In this document: one piece after another, positions 39,801-48,800 of the stretch | How the letters are laid out: each line of letters begins with the position of its first letter | Numbering within the stretch: the stretch's first letter is position 1 | Origin: Verrucomicrobiota bacterium | GTDB taxonomy: Bacteria; Verrucomicrobiota; Lentisphaeria; JABSQK01; JAJFLO01 | DNA: 64,000 nt | Assembly: GCA_021772675.1 (NCBI GenBank) | Contig: JAJFLO010000244.1 | Span: 1,468 to 65,467 of the forward strand | Direction: 5' to 3' | The notes under the pieces: generated by a model | Database searches by the model: none | The model's input: only the letters and a program-made list of their open reading frames with translations | What the model was told of the DNA's origin: nothing | Translations under genes and position numbers: made by a program

Positions 39801-42800
39801 TCTCATATTGCTGCAACATATAGTCGTGGTAGTCGATCGTTGGAGCTTTATGTTAATGGTCAAAAAATTTCTTCTACAGTTGTTACGAATGGCATAATGA
39901 CAACCGGTTTTGGACCAATCTGGGTGCGGTTTGGTGAAGGATTTACTGGATTTATTGATGAGGTTAGATTGGAGAAAACAGCTATAAGTCTATCACGAAT
40001 TCAGTTCGGCATGCATAGCCAGCCTGATATTAGTTCAGGACAATTGGCAGCCTATTTTAATTTTGATGATGGTGGAGATAATATTCATAATTTGGTATCA
40101 TCATTTAGCAGGGATTGGGAAGAGCAGTGGCTGCATTCTTTGATTGTGATTGGCAATGCTGTGGTTGAATCAGCCCCGATGGCTGTTCCAACAGTACAAT
40201 CTGGTATTGATAAAGATGGTGATGGTATCAGCGACAGCTGGGAACTACAACATTTCGGTTTAATTTCTCAAGTAAATGGCCGTGGTGATTTTGATAACGA
40301 TGGTGTCAATGATCTGTATGAATTTTTGAATGGTTCAGATCCACGATCGATTGGCTCAGATGCTGAAGATGACAAGGATAGTGATGGACTATCTACCATT
40401 GAAGAGCAGGCACATGGAACATTACCGCAAGAGCAAGATACTGATGATGATGGCCTGAATGATAAGGCTGAAATAGCGGCCGGGTCAAGTCCATTACATT
40501 CAATGAGTCCTCTAACAGAACGAGCATTGGATTTAGCACAAGTCGCTGCGACGGGAGTACAATTACCGTTTGCTGCAAATGAACTAAATAATCGGTTAGT
40601 CGATTGGACAATAGAATCTTGGATTCTAATAAAAGGAAATCAGACTGGGGCAATTTTAAGTAAATCTATCAATGGCCGTATCGGGTTTGAACTTGGATTA
40701 GTGGATAATGTGCCTTATGTCAGATTTCAAAAAGCAAGTGGAGATGTTAATATCGACTATTCTTCAAGCCAAAGTTCAGTGACTACGCCAGCCCTCCAGG
40801 TAAATAATGGGTGGGTACATTTAGCGGGTGTCTGGAATCGAGGCACTAATGTGCTTCGGCTTATTATTAATGGAAACACAATTATCGAGACACTGGTAGG
40901 CAGTTCCGTTTGGCCAATAGATGGATTTGGTTTAGTCACATTAGGTGCGGGGTTGGATAATGTTGTCATTGATGAGGTCCGAATTTGGAAAACCTTTCGT
41001 AGTCAAGTCGACATTGATAGTGATAGATGGAATTTGATTTCGTCAAAGAGTGCGGGTTTAGTTCGTTATTTCAGGTTCGATGACGGTGGTGATACTATTG
41101 AAGATTTTGCTCATCCCGGATTTAAAAATGAGTCAATATATGCATTTATAGCGCCGGGTGTTACCGTGTCTGATGCCCAAGCATATTTTGGATTAGATGA
41201 CCGTGACGATGATGGGATGCCGGACTGGTTTGAAAGTCTTTACAACGTTTCTGACGCTAATGAGGATTCGGATGGGGATCAACTTACAAATCTATACGAG
41301 TATTTTGGTAAGACTGATCCAATAATTAATCTTACGAGTGATTTGAAATCGGATCCGGATGGAGACGATCTTGATAATATTACTGAACAGAAATGGGGAA
41401 CTAATCCAAATATGTGGGATACGGATAATGACGGTTGGTCCGATGGGCATGAAGTGCTGGGTAAGGATGATATTGCTTTTGATGCAGATAATGATGGTAC
41501 TAGCGATCTAGCATCAAGTACCATATTACCACGTCGTCCAAGTAGTTTCACTTTTGCCAGTGATCCGCTAAGCCCATTACAGCCTGTTCAGCAAGCAAGT
41601 ATAAAGCTTACGGGATTGAATGTTGGTGCTGTGGTACCAGACAACAGTAAGTATGCTTTAAACAGCTGGACTATTGAAGCTTGGATTAGACCTACAGCGG
41701 ATAATTCTGGCGTGATCCTAAACCGTTCAGTTGGCTACAATAATGGATCATCCATTATTAATTACGAACTTGGTATCGCTAACGATAGCGGAGTGCTGCG
41801 ACCTTATGCAAAATACGTCACTCAATCCGGTGTTACCTATAGCGTTGGTGGTGCGGATGCTATCGTTCCTTTTGGCCATGTTTTGTCTGTATCCAATGGT
41901 GTCTGGACTCATTTGACTGCAACATTTGATCAAGCAAGTTATACATTGAGACTCTTTATTAATGGTATGCCGGTTGGCGAACGGATTGATTCGAGTGAAT
42001 TTCCAGTTTGTCCAGTGGCAGGAAATGGGCAGGCACTGGTCAGTACAGCTCCTGATACGTTTGTATTCGTTGGAGCAAGTGTTCAAATTGGCAGTGGATT
42101 TACAGGCAATATTGATGATATAAAAATTTGGGCTGGTGCTCGAGATGGCGACATAATATTCGATTCGTATCGTTCGGTTGATGCAAATGCCAGGGGCGGT
42201 GTCGAGCCTTTGAGTCATGATTCGTCCATCGTTGGCTCTGGTTTGGTTGATGTCAGTGTTTTGTTAAATGCGGATCACGAGACAGACGAATTATTGGTAT
42301 GCTATCGTCATGATTTGAATAAAATACAACGCGATGAACTCAATGAATCCATGAACGTCGTATTGATTAGAGAAAGTCCTTTGACGGGAATTCAGTTGGT
42401 TAAAATCGCGAAAGATAAATCGATGGCAGATAAGATTCTTGAGTTCAGGTCAAATAACGATGTGTTATATGTCGAACCAAATTACAAACTTAAAATTCCA
42501 AATGATATTATCGAATCGAATCAATCTGTACCGGATTCATTTTCCTTTCCTAATGATCCGAATTTCGATCAACAGTGGGGACTTCATAATATTGGACAAA
42601 CCGGTGGTTCCGCTGGTGCGGACATTAATGGTCCACAAGCCTGGGATATTACACGAGGTTCACGGGATGTTATCGTCGCTGTAATTGATACTGGTGTTGA
42701 CTATAATCATCCCGATATTGCTGGAAACATGTGGGTGAATGAAGGAGAAATACCCGGCAACAGCATTGATGATGATAACAATGGGTTTATAGATGACATT

Positions 42801-45800
42801 TATGGTTATGATTTTGCCAATAATGACAGTGATCCAGTAGACGATAATTTTCATGGTACACACGTTGCCGGTATAATTGGGGCCATTGGCAATAATAATG
42901 AAGGGATCGTCGGGGTTAACTGGAATGTTCGCATTATGGCACTTAAAATATTCAATAGTTCCGGTGTTGGTAACGCTGGTACGACAGATGATGCGATACA
43001 GGCCATCGAATATGCGATTCAAATGGGTGCAACATTTACCAACAACAGCTGGGGAGGTGGGGGCTTCTCGCAAGCCTTGAAGGACACGATTGAACGAGCA
43101 GGTGAAGCAGGTCAGCTTTTTGTTGCCGCAGCTGGGAACGATAACTCAGACAACGATGCCACGCCATCATATCCTGATTCATATGATTTGGATAATATTA
43201 TTTCAGTTGCTGCGAGTACCGATCGCGATAGTTTGGCGTCATTTAGTAATTTCGGCGCGGAAAATGTTGATTTGATGGCCCCAGGTCAAGGGATTATAAG
43301 TACTGTTCTAAATAATCAATATGAAACAGTTTCTGGAACGTCACAAGCAGCACCTCATGTTTCAGGTGTGGCCGCATTAATTCATGCAGCAAATCCTAGC
43401 TGGTCGTGGGATCAGGTTAAAAACGCGATTCTTAATAATGTTGACGAAATCCCAGATATTGAAGGGAAAATAGCAACATCTGGGCGCCTAAATGCCGTGT
43501 CAGCACTTAGTCGCGGAGGCGCGTTGAATCTGGTTGCATATTTTCGTAGTGATGCAGGTATCGGCGTCCAAGGCGCAATCGCGTCCAGCCTAGTAAGCGC
43601 TGCAAGTATAATTCATGATTTAACAGAAATGGACGATTGGTCCCTGAACCTTAATGGACGAACTGGGAAATTTGCGGCCAAATTAGTTAATGCGTCTATT
43701 GACGACGTCGAGTTTGCCTTGATGCCTGGAGATATTGACGGTGACGGTATGCCAGACTGGTTTGAAACTGCTTATGATCTCAATGTATTCGGTGAGGACG
43801 CAAATGACGATGAAGACGTAGATGCTTTAACCAACTATTACGAATTTTTAGCTGGTACAAGCCCAATCGATTTTGCAACCAATGGTCAAACCGCTGACAT
43901 AATTGCAGATTCAGATATTGACCAGATTTCGAATCAAGATGAACAAATTACTGGCTCACATCCCGGCGATATCAATGCGGACACGGACAACGATGGGTTG
44001 ACCGATATTATTGAACAATCGGGGGACAATCCGACATCTGTAACGGATTCATTATCACCCTTTAAGGATCGTGCATTAAAGGTTAACTCAAGTACCAATG
44101 ACTTTTTAGTATTACCAAATCAACCTCGATTTTCTATGGGTAACAGTTGGACGGTTGAAGCAATGGTAAATCTAGACAAATTCTGTAAAGATAATCAAGA
44201 TAATATCGTAAATGGTGGAGTCGTTGATGATAAGGCCGTTATCATCAGCAGAGCAATTGATGATAATGCCGATGGTGCGTTTAATGCAATAAATTATGAG
44301 TTAGGAATTAGCGCGATTGGAAAACCCTATGTGTTGTTTACTAGTGCAACTATTCCAGGTACAAATTTTAATATTGAGTTTAAAGCGGAAGCCTCAACTC
44401 AATTAGAATGTGGTTTATGGACGTTTATCGCAGGTAGTTATAATGCACAAGAACAAACATTGGGGATTTACGTCAATAAAGTGTTGTGGGTGGAAATTTC
44501 GACTGCATTTGAACCGGCTGGGTCCGAACCGGGTAAAACTGAAGTTGTTGCTGGTAATAACTTAACGGGTCAAATTGATAATTTAAGGATTTGGAACAGT
44601 CACTTTGGCAGCATTGTTGCCGCTGAGATTGAAAGTAACGGATTCGATCTATCAAATGATTTGGTTGCATTTTACAGTTTTAATGACGGTGGAACTCACA
44701 TTCAGGATTTTGCCTCAGGATTTGAAGATGATTGGAAAACAGGCTGGTTTAATGCAGCACAGTTTGCTGGAAGCGCGGCACTAAATGACCAACTTGGTGA
44801 TGATGGAGTTGATCTGAATGCTGACAGTGATGACGATGGTATTCCGGATTGGTGGGAACTGCTTCATTTTGGACATTTGAGTATCGTGGAAAAAGATAGT
44901 AAGTCTGATTCAGATGGGGATGATTTGACTGATATCTTTGAGTATTTATCAGCGACAAATCCCAATTTAGTGGATTCCGACGGAGATGGAATTGAAGACT
45001 TTGACGAAGACGTAGATAATGATAACGTCTTAAATCTTGACGAACAGGATTTTGGAACTAATCCCGGATTGAAGGATACTGATGACGATGGTAAAAGGGA
45101 TGATGTAGAGTTATTTACGAATTTTACTGATGCCAGGGATAGTCTAAATCCAAGAGTTGAACGTGTCTTAAACATTAATAACGGCTATTTATCGGTAAGC
45201 AATAACGATAACTTAAGTTTGTCAGAATTTTCAGTCGCCGTTTACGTAAATCCAAGTGTTAACGCATTAGTTGATCAAGTCATTCTTGAGAAAGTTGGAG
45301 ATGATGAAAAGCTGAATTACCAACTGGTACTTCAGGCAAATAACAAGGTCAAATTTCTATATCATCGCGATCAGTCCGGTACACCACGCGAGGTTACTTC
45401 GACAGCAACATTGAGTTTTAATTTATGGTCGTTGATAATTGCCGAACTTGATAGTACCAACGAGAAAATCAAGTTAACGATATATGCCCGCGACAATATC
45501 AATAATTTAATCGAAAAATCGTTTAATGAAAATGATGCCTTTGGTGACCCGGTTACTGGTGTGGGTCCGTTGTATATTGGATCATCAAAACCTGTTTCTG
45601 GAACAACACCAGTAGGGCAATTTCAAGGGATGATTGACGAACTATCAATTTGGCCTAATCCATTGACCAGTACGGAAGTTAATGATATTCAAAATCTTTC
45701 TATAAGCGTAAATGACGAAGTTTCACGTGCCAAGTTAGCTGCGTATTACAAGTTTAATGACGGGGGTGAAACTGTCGAAGATTTCGCTCATGATAATGAC

Positions 45801-48800
45801 ATAAATTTTGCTGCAAAATTTAGTGTCTTGGTGCGAAATAATACAACAATTCACTTTTTGGACAATACATCAACGCTACCTGTAGGTACGACAATTGGCA
45901 ATGTTGAAGATTCCGATACTGACGGTTTGCCCGACGATATTGAACTGCTTATTATCGAAGCTATTGGTAATGATGGAATTGATGATCTGGAACATGTTGA
46001 TCCAGAGGGTGATTTTGATAGTGATGGTTTGACTAACCTTCAGGAAGTTCAGTTCGATGGTGATCCTGCTTATAATAATCTGACTGATACAAATCCAATT
46101 GAATTTGATTCAGACAGTGATGGTATGGCGGACGGTTGGGAAGTTCAATTTTTATTAAATCCATTGAGCAGCACTGATCGAGATACGGATAATGATGGAG
46201 ATGGTCTCACGAATCTCGATGAGTATCTTGGAGAAAACGGAAAGATCGATGGTAACGACATCATATTGACTGCGACACCTATTGTATGGGGTGATTCCAC
46301 TGATCCAGGTAATGTTGATACTGATAGCGACGGTTTAAGTGATTTTTGGGAAGTGAATTTTAAAATCGATGCATTGACAGCAAATGCCGATGCCGATCCC
46401 GATTTAGATGGATTAATAAATATTGTGGAACGTGATAACCAGACCAATCCAAATAAGAGAGATAGCGACAATGACGGATTAGTCGATAAATGGGAAGTCG
46501 ACAATGGTTTTAATCCTGTTGATATCCTTAATCCAGATACAAATGGCGATCCAGATGCTGATAACTTAAATAATGTCAATGAACAATCTGCAGGAACAGA
46601 TCCCAGAAATCCAGACACAGATGGTGATGGCCTACCGGACGGGTGGGAAAAAATGAGTGTTAATAGCCAGGGCACATCTCTCAATCCGTTAGATGACGGA
46701 ATCGATGATACCGATCCAACAATCACGAATGGAATTCACGGAGCTAATGGCGATCCAGACCTGGATGGTATTTTTAATAAAGATGAGTTTACTGACCTGA
46801 CAGATCCCTGGGTAGCAAATAATGTTAATGTTGTGGAACCAAATATTGCAAATACTATCGCTCCCAATATTGATGACATCAGTGTCAATATTTCACCTCT
46901 CAAACCATTTATTGGTAGTGAATTGACATGTACGGTTGATGGCGGTTCTGATCCCGATCTTGATGACTTTTTTCCAAAGTTTCAGTGGTATCGGGCTATC
47001 TCTGGAAATGGTCGCATAGTGGTGAATGCAACCCCATTGATTGGAATCGGCGAACAGCAGCTATTTGAGATAGTCGCCGCCAATTCCGATGATATAATTA
47101 ATCTTAATAACCAGATAATTACGACTAATTTAGATTCAGAGTTTACCACTGGAGGTCACGAGTTATCGACCGGAGCGCTGGTTACAGTAATATCGCCTGA
47201 TGAAGAATGGTACATTAAGGATGGCGTGAATGAATTCGCACTGAGGAAAGAGGGAACTAAAGTTGTCGTATATGATCGTGGAACCTTTACGGATGACACA
47301 TCTAACCTCAATGGAAATAATATTACTGCTAACTTAAGATCACAGTTTATCTCTGGGGGGCAAACCTTATCGGAAGCTGCCAAGGTTCGATTGATTTTGG
47401 GCGATTCAGAATGGCATATCAAAGATGGAACTGATGATTATGTGCTTAAATTGGAAGCTGATGGAACGAAACCGATACTAAATGTCTATGATGGTATTGA
47501 TCCTACGGGTCTAGACCCTGGATTAGTGGATGCAAATGGAGATGCCATTACTCAGGGAGCAGATAAAGGAAACTGGGTGGCAATAATCGGAGCGACGAAT
47601 AATACCTATATGGCGGGCAATATTCCACAGGATTATGTGTGTATTGTCTACCTTGAAGATGAATTTGGTAATTCTACCGATCGCATTTTTAGTAATGTCA
47701 TTTTCTCCATAGAGGAGATTGTCATGACTGATCAAGGGCAGCAGGTTAACGTTATTGACCTATCACCCAAGGTGAAAATCACGGAAGACAAGGTCAATAA
47801 CAAGTTAGTTGCCGCAATCACAAATGAACCGGCTAATTTGGAAACCGGAACAACAATTGGATATAATTATCGATGGTTTAGAAACTTTGGTGATCGCGCT
47901 GGTGAGGATCTAAACCGTACTGGGTCAATTTTAACTATCGATGAGGAAGTTTTAAACGGCGATGTCTGGTATGTTAGAGTCAGCAGTACGATTACAAAAG
48001 GAGGAGTTAGTGGTATTGAAATTCCCGATGTGTTTAGCAATTCCATAACAATTGGGGGAGGCGTGACTGAAAATAGCAAACCGACGAACCCAACGGTTTC
48101 AATAATTCCTTCGAATCCACAAGCAGCATTTGATGATATTACATGTGTTCCCTCGGGTTCTGTAGACCCTGACGGAGATTTATTCTTGTTCGACATTAAA
48201 TGGTTTGAATTTAACTCAACAACCAATTCCTTAGACCCATTACTAAACAGCTCAGGCGCACAATTCACGACTGAAACAATATTGGCGGAAGATACTGCAA
48301 CCTTTACAGGAAAACTTATTTCCTGTCGCGTTACCGCGGTTGATATTTTTGCTAATTCAAGTGCTCCAATTGATAGTGCAAATGTAACAGTAAAATCGGC
48401 TGAGAGTGGATCTGGCACAGGTGGTACGATAAATGGCGACGGCTTTGAACCAGATAATAGTGTGGCAACCGCTCGGCCAATTGAAGTCAATACCCAGGTT
48501 CAACAGCATGACTTACGTGAAGACGCGGACGAACAGGATTGGGTTAAATTCAGGATAAAAACAAGGTCAAAAATCTCAGTTTTTACCGGAAATAGTGAAA
48601 CGGTTATCAATCAAATTCAATCCAATAGTAATCTCAATGGACAAGGGGATTCGCATGTAGATACATTTTTGGAGTTGTTCAGTTCCGGTAATACCAGCTC
48701 TGCATTGAGGTTTAATGATAATACCGGTGATACTGCTCGAAATGATTTTACATTGTCCGCAAAGATTCTTAATGCTATTTTGAATCCGGGTACCTATTAT

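Larger units (their letters stand above)
2450..45700 (+). repeat. Series of about 30 LamG/concanavalin-A-like jelly-roll modules, most of them preceded by TSP3-type Ca-binding loops
   Basis: The C-terminal hallmark strand DE[VIL][RKQ][IVL]W plus x-R/S-x-L/R-[ST]-x-x-E-I recurs at about nt 2985, 4100, 5165, 6185, 8500, 14355, 15255, 15775, 17055, 18500, 19510, 20550, 21625, 22205, 23517, 25500, 26640, 28420, 30185, 31005, 32780, 33375, 35155, 36830, 38690, 39950, 40965, 42110, 44570 and 45630. Each is preceded by W-[TS]-[IVL]-E-[AGST]-W and W-[TSN]-H-[IVL]-A strands. Confidence 0.8.

Noticed and set aside
46145-48490. Minus-strand ORFs of 193 aa (46145..46726) and 207 aa (47867..48490); similar cases at 9539..10048, 25400..25864, 35855..36313 and 41748..42218
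   Set aside because: Same artefact: open antisense or alternative frames inside a long, compositionally biased coding region. They have no start context and no recognisable motifs.
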